The notes under the pieces were generated by a model that saw only the letters and a list, made by a program, of their open reading frames with translations, was not told the DNA's origin and did no database searches. Position numbers and translations under genes: made by a program. From contig JAVKIH010000019.1 in the NCBI GenBank assembly GCA_031459625.1, forward strand, positions 1-45,488: 45,488 nucleotides of DNA, given 5' to 3'. Origin of the DNA: Candidatus Geohabitans tengchongensis. Its GTDB lineage: Bacteria; Sysuimicrobiota; Sysuimicrobiia; Sysuimicrobiales; Humicultoraceae. Position 1 is the stretch's first letter, and each line of letters opens with the position of its first letter. Of this stretch, positions 1 to 9,435 are shown piece by piece.

Positions 1-414
1 GAGCAGCGCTACGCCCATCAGCAGCTGGTCGACGAGGCTGTTCCGGCGCACGGCCGAGGCCACTCCTGCTGGAACGCCGATGGCCATGGCTACCACCATC
101 GCCAGCAGCGTCAGCAGCACCGTCGGCTCCAGGCGATTGCGAATGACCTGGGTGACGGGGTCCCCCTCGAAGACGGAGCGGCCGAAATCGGCTCGGAGGA
201 CCCGCTGGTACCACCGCAGCAACTGGACCGGCACGGGCTCCTGCAGCCCCAGGTCGCGCCGCAGCTCCGCTACGCGGTCCGGTGAGGCATCAGGCCCCAA
301 CATTACCACGGCCGGGTCCCCCGGCGCCAGCCGGACGATGACGAAACCGACCGTCGCCACGATCAGCATGACCGGCACGAGGGCCGCCAGGCGGCGCAGC
401 AGGTAGGCGAACAC
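1..414 (-). CDS. Peptide/nickel ABC transporter permease (DppB/OppB family), runs off the left edge
   Basis: Manual translation from GTG at 414: MFAYLLRRLAALVPVMLIVATVGFVIVRLAPGDPAVVMLG...DFGRS...RLEPTVLL, the typical DppB N-terminus; GAGGAG upstream. Not in the ORF track because it is truncated. Confidence 0.9.
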   Translation of the reverse strand, partial: MFAYLLRRLAALVPVMLIVATVGFVIVRLAPGDPAVVMLGPDASPDRVAELRRDLGLQEPVPVQLLRWYQRVLRADFGRSVFEGDPVTQVIRNRLEPTVLLTLLAMVVAMAIGVPAGVASAVRRNSLVDQLLMGVALL

Positions 415-428
415 GAAGGCTGACTCCT

Positions 429-1265
429 CTACTCCCGAACGATTCCCGCCTCCGGTTCATTCTGCCGGAGAGCACGCACGACCCGCATCAGCGCCTCCAC
501 ACGCCGAGGGTCCACGCGATTCCAGGTCACCCCGTCCACCTTGAAGCCGGTGCCCACGATGGCGCCGTCTGCCACGGCGAGCTTGCGACTCACGTTCTCG
601 ACGGTCACTCCTGTGTTGGCCAGCACCGGGACTTCCCCGGCGGCAGCCTTCACCCGTTCCAGAAGCTCATTGGCCACCTCCTCCCCCGTCATCGACCCCG
701 ACACGCAGAGGGCCTCAGCCATCGCGCTCATAACTGCCGAGCGTGCCACCGCCTCGATGGGACGCGGCGCCAGAGGGGCGGCGAATTCAGCATTGATGTT
801 GTAGAACAGCTTGACGTTGGCCGCGCCGATGGAGGCGCGGTAGCGCCAGACCCGGCCCGGATCGGTATTCCAGATGCCGAAGTCGCCAGCATAGGCGCCC
901 GTAAAGACGCCTCGGACGAACTGCGCTCCCGTAGCTTTGGCCACGGCTAGCGCGGCGAGCGGATCCCAGAGGACGTCCACGCCGAACGGCACTCGTACGT
1001 AGGGCAGGAGGTCCGTAACGATGCGCGTCATGCTCGCGACGACCTCCGGGCCGACGGTCAGCGTGTACGGCCGATCGTTCTCGTTGCAGAAGAGGACGCC
1101 ATCCACCCCTCCTTCCTGGAGGGCATCCAGGTCAGCCCGGACCCCGCGGACGAGCGTTCGGAGCTCCGTCGACCCACTGAAGAGGGGGGTCCCCGGGAGC
1201 GCCGGCAGGTGGACCATGCCGATGATGGGCCGGGTGACAGCGAAGACCTCTTGGAACCAGATCAT
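429..1265 (-). CDS. BtpA/SgcQ family TIM-barrel protein
   Basis: IIGMVHLPALPGTP, NENDRPY, C-terminal ADGAIVGTGFKVDG. ATG at 1265 is well spaced from GAGGAGG; the ORF track starts at 1271. Confidence 0.88.
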   Translation of the reverse strand: MIWFQEVFAVTRPIIGMVHLPALPGTPLFSGSTELRTLVRGVRADLDALQEGGVDGVLFCNENDRPYTLTVGPEVVASMTRIVTDLLPYVRVPFGVDVLWDPLAALAVAKATGAQFVRGVFTGAYAGDFGIWNTDPGRVWRYRASIGAANVKLFYNINAEFAAPLAPRPIEAVARSAVMSAMAEALCVSGSMTGEEVANELLERVKAAAGEVPVLANTGVTVENVSRKLAVADGAIVGTGFKVDGVTWNRVDPRRVEALMRVVRALRQNEPEAGIVRE

Positions 1266-1327
1266 GACCATACCTCCTCAAACGGGTTCATGGAGCGTGG
1301 CGGCACTCGGCACAGCTACGGCAACGG

Positions 1328-2338
1328 TCATGGGGTTGTCCCTTGACCGAATTGAGGGTGCTGACCGCGCAAGGTCGCGATGAGACCGCTCTGAGGCAGG
1401 CCCTGCATGAGCGCGGCGGCTGCCCCGGGATGGATAATGCCGGCCTCGGTGATGATCTCCGTGATCAACGATGCCGGGACCACCTCGAAGACCGGATTGC
1501 GCACGGTCACCTGGCGATCGAGAGGTTCACGGATCTCCGGGGGCGGCGCCCTGAGAATGTCCGAGGCCGGCATTTCCCGGATTTGCAGGGGCTCCCCCCA
1601 GCGGGTGGTGGGGTCGAATTTGGACGTGTCCGCAGCGACACGGAAAGGGATCCCGTAGCGATGGGCCACGAGCGCCGCGGGGAAGGATCCCACCTTGCAC
1701 AGGGCGCTGCCTCCCGCAGTCACCGTGTCCGCACCCACCACGGCCGAGGTACAGCTCCGCATCAACTGCCCCATGGCTGCGTCGATCCCGATGGTCACCG
1801 GGACCCCCAGGGCAGCCATCCGTGGAATCGTCGTCAGCCCTTCGTTTCCCGGTCGCGACTCAGTAGTGACCAACCGCACCCGTTTCCCCTCACTACGCGC
1901 CCGCTCGATCATCCGGAAAACCGTGGAGCTGATGCTGTAGGTGAAGATGACGTCCCCATCCGCGAGCAGAGCGGCACCAGTCGCGGCAACCCGCTCCAGC
2001 GCCTCCTCGAGCCAGCCGATGAAGTCTAAGGCAGCCTGTATGGCGTGCTCCCGGGGGGATGCCGGGTCCGATTCCTCCTGGACCTCAATGGCTCGCCCAA
2101 CGAGGTGCAGCACCCGGGACACCGGTGCGATCGAGGGCGTGACCCTGATGATGGCAGCGAGGGCTGCCGTCATCTCCTCTCGGAACTCTTCGGAGCTCTT
2201 CGCGTCGCTTTGTCGAGCCGCCGAGGCAAGCGCCTGGGCTACCTCACGCGCCATGTCAGCTGCCCCGCCGATCAGGTCGTGTTCAATCCGATGGATTACC
2301 GTCCGCACAGCGGGGGGGATGGGGACAGAGTGGAACAT
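1328..2338 (-). CDS. eIF-2B family / ribose-1,5-bisphosphate isomerase-like protein
   Basis: TESRPGNEG, VVGADTV, KVGS, NPVFEVVPASLITEIITEAG; SD GGAGG. Confidence 0.82.
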   Translation of the reverse strand: MFHSVPIPPAVRTVIHRIEHDLIGGAADMAREVAQALASAARQSDAKSSEEFREEMTAALAAIIRVTPSIAPVSRVLHLVGRAIEVQEESDPASPREHAIQAALDFIGWLEEALERVAATGAALLADGDVIFTYSISSTVFRMIERARSEGKRVRLVTTESRPGNEGLTTIPRMAALGVPVTIGIDAAMGQLMRSCTSAVVGADTVTAGGSALCKVGSFPAALVAHRYGIPFRVAADTSKFDPTTRWGEPLQIREMPASDILRAPPPEIREPLDRQVTVRNPVFEVVPASLITEIITEAGIIHPGAAAALMQGLPQSGLIATLRGQHPQFGQGTTP

Positions 2339-2385
2339 CGTGCCTCCTATAACGGGGCCGTTAGGGCCCTCTCTCCGTTACGTCG

Positions 2386-3279
2386 TCAGAGGGCCTTGCG
2401 GTGGCGTAGCAGCCAACACAGGGCCAGGTCGTAATCGGCATACTCGTGCAGTCGCCAACCGGCCTCCCAGTCGCCCTGGGACGGAAGGGAGCCGTGACTC
2501 AGCGCGTGCTCGTACTCCGCCACTGGGCTCGTCACAGATCGGGACTTGATCTCACGGTAGAGACGTAAGGCGTGGTGCGTAGTTTGCCGCGGCACCACGG
2601 TGTCGAAGCGCGTCCAGTAGAGCATCAGGGGAGTGCGCGTGAGTCCCTCCAGGTAGGCAAACCCGCTGCGACGGTGATAGGCGTCCGGCACCTCGTCCGG
2701 ATCCCCCCCGACTTCGCGAGCGATCCGCTCCCAGGTCCGGTAGGATCGGATGTCAGCCACAGGGCTCGTGCGCAGGTCCTCATACCAGGCGGCCAGGTCC
2801 ACGACCGGGTTGAACGCGAAGCCGGCGGCGATGCGGTCGGGGTAGCGCCCCAGCAGGACGATCGCCTCGAGGCCCCCCATGCTGAGGCCGCAAGCGTAAA
2901 CACGGCTGCGGTCCACGAGGAAACCGTGCGCGGGGAGCGCGTCGATCAGGAAGGCCATGTCGTCGATTTGCCCCTGGAAGGCGCAGGACGCCAGCGGCTC
3001 GACACGGCCGTGGCCGTGGGGCTGGAGGATCAGGACGCCATAGCGGTCAGCCAGGCCCCTCCACCCTTGATGGGTCCCTCGCTTCAGGCCCTCGATCCCC
3101 CCGGAGTAGTCTTGCGCCGCGGTCCAGCCGATCGGGTGCGGAGCGAGGACGAGAGGAAGCGGCTCTCCCAAGTCCGCTCCTGGCGCATGGACATCGGCCT
3201 GCTGCAGGGTGCCGTCGTAGGGCGAGTGGAAAGCGATGGTGATGTGCCGGCTGCGATCCGCCGGTGCAGTCCCGCTCAC
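2386..3279 (-). CDS. Alpha/beta-hydrolase (esterase / prolyl-oligopeptidase-like)
   Basis: DRSRVYACGLSMGG nucleophile elbow, D-T-V-V acid motif; GTGA overlap with upstream gene. Confidence 0.75.
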   Translation of the reverse strand: MSGTAPADRSRHITIAFHSPYDGTLQQADVHAPGADLGEPLPLVLAPHPIGWTAAQDYSGGIEGLKRGTHQGWRGLADRYGVLILQPHGHGRVEPLASCAFQGQIDDMAFLIDALPAHGFLVDRSRVYACGLSMGGLEAIVLLGRYPDRIAAGFAFNPVVDLAAWYEDLRTSPVADIRSYRTWERIAREVGGDPDEVPDAYHRRSGFAYLEGLTRTPLMLYWTRFDTVVPRQTTHHALRLYREIKSRSVTSPVAEYEHALSHGSLPSQGDWEAGWRLHEYADYDLALCWLLRHRKAL

Positions 3280-3719
3280 GCCCTTGTCCCATCCCCGTGC
3301 CGTAGCCCCAGTTGTTCCTCCGCCGTCTTCTGGTCCAGATAGATGCGGGCGCGGTGGATCTTGCCGTCCTTCAGCTCGAAAAAGACGCCTTCTCGGATCG
3401 CAAAGGACCTCCCTGTGGGCTGCACCCCCTTGAGGGGTTTCAGGAAGGTCGCCGTGAAGACATTCTCGACAGCCACCTGGTTGCCCTGAGCCACCATGTT
3501 CTGGGTCTCGATGCGGGCGTCGGGGTATGCCTCCAAGAACTCTTCCAGGAAGGCCCGGAACGCGTCCCGCCCTAGCGGCTCCGGGAAGTAGACCTCGTGG
3601 GAGGTCGTGTCCTCGGTGTGGAGCGAGAAGAAGCGATCGAGGTCGCGGTCATTGAAGGCCTGGATAGCTTGCCGAATGACCTCCTTGTTCCGCTCCTCCA
3701 ACGTCTGCTCGGCTTTCAC
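3276..3719 (-). CDS. SnoaL-like / NTF2-fold ester cyclase family protein
   Basis: NKEVIR...AFNDRDLD...AYPDARI...PTGR...FELKDGKI. Confidence 0.85.
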   Translation of the reverse strand: MKAEQTLEERNKEVIRQAIQAFNDRDLDRFFSLHTEDTTSHEVYFPEPLGRDAFRAFLEEFLEAYPDARIETQNMVAQGNQVAVENVFTATFLKPLKGVQPTGRSFAIREGVFFELKDGKIHRARIYLDQKTAEEQLGLRHGDGTRA

Positions 3720-3765
3720 GGGAATCGCCTCCTCCGGGTCAGCACTCTCCAGCAGGCCGTCCCGG

Positions 3766-5316
3766 CTACCGCTGCAGCCAGGCGTTCCAGTAGTACAGGA
3801 GCAGCGGGCCAGTGAAGCCCTTGAGCTCCCGGCGGTAGGGCGAGAACCAGAAGAAGTCCCCGAACTTGATCGCCGGAAACTCGCGGTAGAAAATCTGTTG
3901 CCCCTGGCGCCAGAGGTCGGTGCGAACCTTCGGATTACTGTGACGGCTCATCAGGCGCAAGACGCCCTGCATGTTCCGGCTCTCATACCACCCCGGCCAA
4001 GTGGGGAGAAGGACCCAGAGGAAGGAGGGGTCGGGTACCGGTGTCACGCCTCCACTAGCGACATCCCAGAGGTCGGGGTTGCTCCAGCGGCTCAACAACG
4101 TAGGAAAGTCTACTACCTGCAGGTCGACGGTGAAGCCGGCGCGCTCGAGCATCGCCTTGGCGACTTGCGCGGAGATGCCATACGGCGGGACCGCCATCGA
4201 CGTGAGCCAGCGCACGGGCTGGCCGCGGTAGCCGGCCTCCTGCAGGAGCTGACGGGCGCGCTCCACGTCCTGTCTCCGGTAGACCTCGGCTCCCGCGTCG
4301 TTCCACATCGGGTGCTCTTTGACCATCACACCGGGGTCGACTCGCCAGAACTGGCGCGGGCCCATAGTGCCCCGCATCACCTCCTCCTTGTTGGTGGCCA
4401 GGTGGAAGGCTTCCCGGAGGCGCACGTCGGCGAAGAGACCGCGGCGAACGTTGAACTTCGCGGTGAGCCACCAGGGGACGGGGTCGATCCATGGCTCGAT
4501 GTTCGGGTCGGCCCGAAGGCGATCGTACTCGTCGCTGGGCGCGAACTGGATTTGATGGAACTCCCCCCGCTGCAGCCCGGCGACCCGAACGGCCGTGTCC
4601 GGCACGGGGACGAAGAGCAGAGCATCCAGGTAGGCGACCTTCCGTCCAGCCATCCCATCTGGCGGGTCGGTGCGAGAGACGTAGCGGTCGAAGCGCTCCA
4701 GCCGATAGTGGCGGTCCCGGATGTGCTCCACGAAACGGTAGGGACCCGTTCCGATAAAACGGCGGATGGGACCGGTCCCTGCCTCCTCGATGACTTCCCG
4801 CGGGTAGATCACCGCTGCCTGATGCGGCCATCCCAAAGCCTCGACGAGCAAGCTGTAGGGCTCCGTGAATCGCACAACAACCGTCGACGGGTCAGGGGCC
4901 TGCACCTCCTGGACGGAGTTGAAGACGAGCCTTCCCACGGTGCTGATGCGCCCCCAGCGCGTCAGCGACGCCGCGGCATCGGCGCTGGTCATCTCCCTCC
5001 CATGGTGAAAGAGGACCCCCCGCCGCAGCGTGATCGTGTATGTCCGGCGGTCGCTGCTCACAGTCCAACGCTCGGCGAGCATGGGCCGCGTCCTGAGCCG
5101 ACTGTCAACGGTGAACAGCCCCTCGAAGATGTGGGCGGCGACGTAGCCGGCGGTGAACGACGTCGTGAACTGCCAGTCCAGCGTCGGCAGTTCACCGCTG
5201 AGGGCAACTCGGAGGGTCCCTCCACGGCTTGGCTGGAGCGCGGGTCCTGCCTGGACGGGCGAGAAGGACGCCACAATCATGCCGATTAAGGCGGCAAGCC
5301 TGAGCAGCTTTCTCAC
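3766..5316 (-). CDS. ABC transporter substrate-binding protein, family 5
   Basis: Signal peptide, GGTLRVAL, LAERWTVSSD, LRRGVLFHHG, IGTGPYRF. Confidence 0.93.
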   Translation of the reverse strand: MRKLLRLAALIGMIVASFSPVQAGPALQPSRGGTLRVALSGELPTLDWQFTTSFTAGYVAAHIFEGLFTVDSRLRTRPMLAERWTVSSDRRTYTITLRRGVLFHHGREMTSADAAASLTRWGRISTVGRLVFNSVQEVQAPDPSTVVVRFTEPYSLLVEALGWPHQAAVIYPREVIEEAGTGPIRRFIGTGPYRFVEHIRDRHYRLERFDRYVSRTDPPDGMAGRKVAYLDALLFVPVPDTAVRVAGLQRGEFHQIQFAPSDEYDRLRADPNIEPWIDPVPWWLTAKFNVRRGLFADVRLREAFHLATNKEEVMRGTMGPRQFWRVDPGVMVKEHPMWNDAGAEVYRRQDVERARQLLQEAGYRGQPVRWLTSMAVPPYGISAQVAKAMLERAGFTVDLQVVDFPTLLSRWSNPDLWDVASGGVTPVPDPSFLWVLLPTWPGWYESRNMQGVLRLMSRHSNPKVRTDLWRQGQQIFYREFPAIKFGDFFWFSPYRRELKGFTGPLLLYYWNAWLQR

Positions 5317-5394
5317 CGGATCACCTCCATTGGTCTCGTCCGCTGCACAGTGGTGGTGGACGGTCCGCCCGCCTGCTGCGGCCGGCCGCCCGAG

Positions 5395-6462
5395 TCATTG
5401 GTCCACGAGCCTTGGGACGAAGTATTCCGCCATCAGGCGGAGCTGCTCGCCGGGGTCGACACCTGCAGGGAAGACCCCCACGGCCTCTGTCACGCCGGCC
5501 TCGCGGTACCGCTCCAGCACCTCGAGGCACTCCTCGGGGGTCCCGGCTACTGAAAAATCGCGCACAAAGGCATCGCTGATGACCTCCCGGGCCGTCCCGC
5601 CGCTGGAGAGGCGCGCGTAGAGGTCCTCGAAGATCCCAAGGTCAAACTCGCCCAGCTCTGCAACACGCGCCCAGTGAGTCGGATCGGGGCCATAGGAATG
5701 GACGATGAAGAAGGCCAGCATCTCCTTGATGCGGTCCTTGGCGCGGCGTCCGTCCAGGTCCACGCACATGGGGAAGTACTGCACAACCTCGAAGTCATCC
5801 AGCGCGCGCCCGGCGCGCGCCGCTCCTCGGCGAATCAGCCGCAGGCTGTTCCGGACGTAGGGAACAGGGCAGAGGATGGAGAGAATTACCCCGTCACCCA
5901 GTTCTCCCGTCTGTTCGAGGGAGCGTGGGTACATGGAGGCGACGTAGATCCGAGGATTCCGATACGCCGGCGTAAAGTCGAGCCTCACGTCCTCCACGCT
6001 GAACTTGCGCCCCGCATGGCTGGCGGTCCCTGTGGTCAGCAGCTGACGGACGATGACCACCGTGTCCCGAACCGCGCTCAGCGGGCGAGTGAAGGGGATG
6101 CCCTGCTTGGCTATCGGGGGCTCCCAGGAGGCACCCACACCAAGGATCGCACGGCCACCAGCCAACTCGTCCACGGCGGCGAATTCCATGGCCATCCAGA
6201 CCGGTGGATGGTCGTAGGGGTTGACCACACCCAGGCCGATGCGGATTCGCTCGGTCGCCCAGGCACAGGCCCCTGCGGTGGGCATCGCCCCCCGGAAGAA
6301 GGGTTCGTCGGTGATCCAGATGCTTGGGATACCCAGCGTATCCGCGTACCGAGCCAGTTCCACCGTGCGGCGGGTATCCAGGTCCCCCAGAACGAGGAAG
6401 CCGATGCCGCGGCGTCCCGGGGGACGGGCAGAGGCAGCCGAGCTCGCCTCGACGTCCGGCAT
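5395..6462 (-). CDS. LLM-class flavin/F420-dependent oxidoreductase
   Basis: ATERIRIGLGVVNPY, GRAILGVGA, GELGDGVIL, VAGTPEEC. Confidence 0.88.
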   Translation of the reverse strand: MPDVEASSAASARPPGRRGIGFLVLGDLDTRRTVELARYADTLGIPSIWITDEPFFRGAMPTAGACAWATERIRIGLGVVNPYDHPPVWMAMEFAAVDELAGGRAILGVGASWEPPIAKQGIPFTRPLSAVRDTVVIVRQLLTTGTASHAGRKFSVEDVRLDFTPAYRNPRIYVASMYPRSLEQTGELGDGVILSILCPVPYVRNSLRLIRRGAARAGRALDDFEVVQYFPMCVDLDGRRAKDRIKEMLAFFIVHSYGPDPTHWARVAELGEFDLGIFEDLYARLSSGGTAREVISDAFVRDFSVAGTPEECLEVLERYREAGVTEAVGVFPAGVDPGEQLRLMAEYFVPRLVDQ

Positions 6463-6468
6463 CTCCCT

Positions 6469-7230
6469 TCAGGCCAGCGTCAGTCGGATCCCCATCTCGG
6501 AAAGGGCTTGCTGCCACTCCGGGGCGAGGTCGTTATCGGTGACGACATGGTGGACTTGGCGCAGATCACAGACGTGGACGAGGCTAACCCGGCCGAACTT
6601 GCTGGAATCGGCCACCAAGATGACCTCCTCCGCGGCTGCAATGGCGAGGCGTTTGATGGGGACCTCTGCGGGGGAGGCGTTGCCGATGCCTTGACGGTGG
6701 TCGACCGAGTCGGCACCGAGGAAGAGACGGTTGACATGGAGCTGACGCAACATCTCCTCGGCGAACGGGCCGACGACCGCGTAGAGCTCTCTGCGAACCT
6801 GACCCCCTACCACCAAGACATCCACCGTGGGGGAGTCGGCGAGGTCGAGAGCGGTCGGGAGGTCAAGGGCCACTGCGGTTATTCGGCGGGTGCGCGCAAA
6901 CCGGGCAACGCTGCGGGCAGTCGATCCGGAGTCGAAGATGACCGTATCCCCCTCGGCAATCAGGGCAGCTGCCGCCCGGCCAATCCGCTCCTTGGCCTCC
7001 TGACGTAAGCGCACTTTCACGTTGTACTGAGGCTCGTAGGCGGTGCTGTGGGTGATGCTCATGGCCCCGCCTCGGGTCCGCACGATGAGCCCCTGCCGTT
7101 CGAGCGCGCGCAGGTCCCTGCGAACGGTTGGAAGGGACGCCCCGACTCGCTCAGCCAGGGCCAGCGTCGTCAGGCCCCCGTTTAGCTGGATCAGGTCGAG
7201 GATGACCTTCCTTCGATCAGGAACAAACAT
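6469..7230 (-). CDS. DeoR/GlpR family transcriptional regulator
   Basis: SLPTVRRDLRALE HTH, FDSGST, ADSSKFG. Confidence 0.95.
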   Translation of the reverse strand: MFVPDRRKVILDLIQLNGGLTTLALAERVGASLPTVRRDLRALERQGLIVRTRGGAMSITHSTAYEPQYNVKVRLRQEAKERIGRAAAALIAEGDTVIFDSGSTARSVARFARTRRITAVALDLPTALDLADSPTVDVLVVGGQVRRELYAVVGPFAEEMLRQLHVNRLFLGADSVDHRQGIGNASPAEVPIKRLAIAAAEEVILVADSSKFGRVSLVHVCDLRQVHHVVTDNDLAPEWQQALSEMGIRLTLA

Positions 7231-7254
7231 AGAAGAATCATAGAACGCTCAGAA

Positions 7255-7294
7255 GTTATACACTAATTGGGCATGATCGATCAAATTTTGTCAA
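7255..7294 (-). promoter_or_regulatory. Sigma70-type promoter region with a palindromic candidate DeoR operator
   Basis: AT-rich patch; TTGACA (7289-7294) and TATAAC on the minus strand; perfect palindrome TGATCGATCA at 7274-7283. Confidence 0.5.
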
Positions 7295-7437
7295 GAGTTG
7301 AGTTGGGAGAGAAGTTGCTCCCTGAGAGAGGCGCCGTGCAGAGGGCTCCCAAAAACCTAATGCCGCTGCCGGCCGGGCTCCCCTTGCAGGGTTTGCAGGG
7401 GCTTGCCAAGGGCGGATTCAGGATGGGATGAACGCGA

Positions 7438-7465
7438 CGGGACGCGGGTCAGAATCCGCGTCCCG
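7438..7465 (-). terminator. GC-rich hairpin just downstream of tRNA-Gly
   Basis: CGGGACGCGG-N8-CCGCGTCCCG, 10-bp stem; no clear U-tract. Confidence 0.4.
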
Positions 7466-7474
7466 ACTGGGTGA

Positions 7475-7550
7475 TGGAGCGGGCGACGGGATTCGAACCC
7501 GCGACCCTCGGCTTGGGAAGCCGATGCTCTGCCAGCTGAGCTACACCCGC
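7475..7550 (-). tRNA. tRNA-Gly (CCC)
   Basis: GCGGGTGTAGCTCAGCTGGCAGAGCATCGGCTTCCCAAGCCGAGGGTCGCGGGTTCGAATCCCGTCGCCCGCTCCA; cloverleaf, encoded CCA; TATACT -10 at 7563-7568. Confidence 0.97.
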
Positions 7551-7621
7551 TCGCTACCCTGCAGTATAGCCCGGACCAGGGGGGCAGGCAAAGGGGAACC
7601 CTGGGGATGCCAGGCAGCGCC

Positions 7622-8326
7622 TCATCGCGGCGAAGCCCGCCGACCCTCGGACCCGCTGGCACGGGGCCCCAGGCGCTCCTCCAGGAGCCCCACCAGCGTG
7701 CGGGCGATGGCCTCCTTGCCCTCCGCCACCGCCACCACCTCGCCGCTGGGGTCGACGAAGTACCCGGTGTGGCGGCCCGCCTCGATCTCCCGCTGATCGT
7801 TGGCCACCACCAGGTCGGCGCGGCTCTCCCGCAGCAGGCGCAGCGCGCTGGCCACCAGCTCCTGCCGCGGCTTGCCCACCTCCAGCTTGAACGCCACCAG
7901 GAAGGTCTGGGGCGCCAGCTCCTTCACCAGGCGCACCGCCTTGGGCGTGGGGACCAGCCGGACGACCCACTCCTCCTCCGAACCGGTCTTGCCCGGGCGC
8001 ACCTGGGCCGGCGCGAAGTCCAGCACCGCCATGTTGTGGACCACGGCGTCGTAGCCCCCCGGCAGCTCCTGCCGGAAGGTGTGGATGAGGTCCTCCACCG
8101 TGTCCACGGCGACGAAGGCCAGGTGGTCGCGCATCCCCCCGCGCACGGTGGGCAGCACGCTGGGGCGGCCGTGCACGTAGGTCACCGAGGCCCCGCGCTG
8201 CAGCGCCTCCTCGGCCACGAAGGCCGGCAGCCGTCCGGTGGCCTTGTTGGTGATGTACCGGATGGCGTCGAGGGGAGCGCGGGTGGGGCCCGCGGTGATC
8301 AGGAGCTTCCGGCCGCGCAGGCTCAC
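7622..8326 (-). CDS. coaB: Stand-alone phosphopantothenate-cysteine ligase (CoaB-like)
   Basis: LITAGPTRAPLDAIRYITNKATG, MAVLDF, LVAFKLE, DLVVAND; no CoaC flavoprotein domain. Confidence 0.8.
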   Translation of the reverse strand: MSLRGRKLLITAGPTRAPLDAIRYITNKATGRLPAFVAEEALQRGASVTYVHGRPSVLPTVRGGMRDHLAFVAVDTVEDLIHTFRQELPGGYDAVVHNMAVLDFAPAQVRPGKTGSEEEWVVRLVPTPKAVRLVKELAPQTFLVAFKLEVGKPRQELVASALRLLRESRADLVVANDQREIEAGRHTGYFVDPSGEVVAVAEGKEAIARTLVGLLEERLGPRASGSEGRRASPR

Positions 8327-8333
8327 GCCGCCA

Positions 8334-9404
8334 TCATACCCTGCCCGAGCGGACCCCGGCCCGACGCACGCGCAGCCGCAGGCCCCGCGGGGCCGGGCGG
8401 CAGTCCAGCACCTGGAAGCCCGCCTCGCGCAGTGCCGCCTCCACGGCGGGCTTGCGCCCCTCCCGCACCAGGAGCAGCACGCACCCTCCGCCGCCCGCCC
8501 CGCACACCTTGCCGGCCGCCGCCCCGGCCAGCCGCCCGACTTCCAGCGCGCGCTCCACGGCCGGCGTGGAGACGCCCTCCGCGAGCTGGCGCCGCTCCTG
8601 CCACTCCTCCTCCATCAGGCGGGCGACCGCGGCCAGGTCGCGCGTGCGCAGCGCCTCGGCCATGGCCCAGGCGATGCGTTTGATGGCCCGCAGTCCGCGC
8701 ACGGTCTGGGGCACCCCGTCCAGGTAGGCCTTGATCATGGCCCAGTTGGTCAGGCCCGAGACGTGCGGCTCGCCGGTGAAGGCCAGGACCAGCCGCTCGG
8801 CCAGCCCGTCCAGGCGGCGCGGCGGGAGGAGGGGCGTGACGCGCTCTCCGTCCACCCCGAAGCGGATGGCGTTGAGGCCGCCGCAGAGCGCGGCATAGTA
8901 GTCCTGCTTGCCGGTGGGCGCGGCGATGGACTGCGCCTCCAGGCGGGCGGCCACGTCCACCAGGTCGCGGCGGATCCCCCGCCGGCCGCGGCGACGCTCC
9001 CCGGCCGCCAGCAGGGCCACCAGCAGCGCGGAGGAGGCGCCGAGCCCTGAGCCGCGCGGGGCCTCCGCCCGCGTCACCACCCGCGTGCGGGCCGGCAGCC
9101 GGGTGTAGCGCACGGCCCGCGCCACCAGGTCCAGCGGCCCGCCCACCGGCAACGCCGCCGCGTGCGGGGCCTCCACCCCCATCCCCAGGTCCTCCGAGTA
9201 GAGGGCGACGCCGGCCGGGTACGGCTCCAGCCGCACCCGGCCGTAGATCCGGACGGCCAGGTTCACGGTGACGACCTCGCCCTCCAGGACCGAGATGGGG
9301 TAGATGTCCAGCGTGCCACCGGCCAGGTCGACGCGGTTGGGCGCGGCGGCCTCCACGATGTACCCGGGGCGCCGCCGGGGAGGCGCCGTCGCCACGGTCG
9401 CCAT
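8334..9404 (-). CDS. GHMP-family sugar kinase (HddA/fucokinase-like)
   Basis: APNRVDLAGGTLD, PRGSGLGASSA, GKQDYY, KVCGAGGGG. Confidence 0.88.
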   Translation of the reverse strand: MATVATAPPRRRPGYIVEAAAPNRVDLAGGTLDIYPISVLEGEVVTVNLAVRIYGRVRLEPYPAGVALYSEDLGMGVEAPHAAALPVGGPLDLVARAVRYTRLPARTRVVTRAEAPRGSGLGASSALLVALLAAGERRRGRRGIRRDLVDVAARLEAQSIAAPTGKQDYYAALCGGLNAIRFGVDGERVTPLLPPRRLDGLAERLVLAFTGEPHVSGLTNWAMIKAYLDGVPQTVRGLRAIKRIAWAMAEALRTRDLAAVARLMEEEWQERRQLAEGVSTPAVERALEVGRLAGAAAGKVCGAGGGGCVLLLVREGRKPAVEAALREAGFQVLDCRPAPRGLRLRVRRAGVRSGRV

Positions 9405-9435
9405 CAGCGCAGGGGGCAGCGGGCGCCCGCCGCCA

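Noticed and set aside
7300..7475. Integrase or att site at tRNA-Gly (and at tRNA-Ala, 35388-35510)
   Set aside because: No recombinase ORF or duplicated tRNA 3' end found in the window.
8334..9404. GHMP kinase as an archaeal-type pantoate kinase because it abuts coaB
   Set aside because: NRVDLAGG and GKQD motifs fit the HddA/fucokinase sugar-kinase branch.
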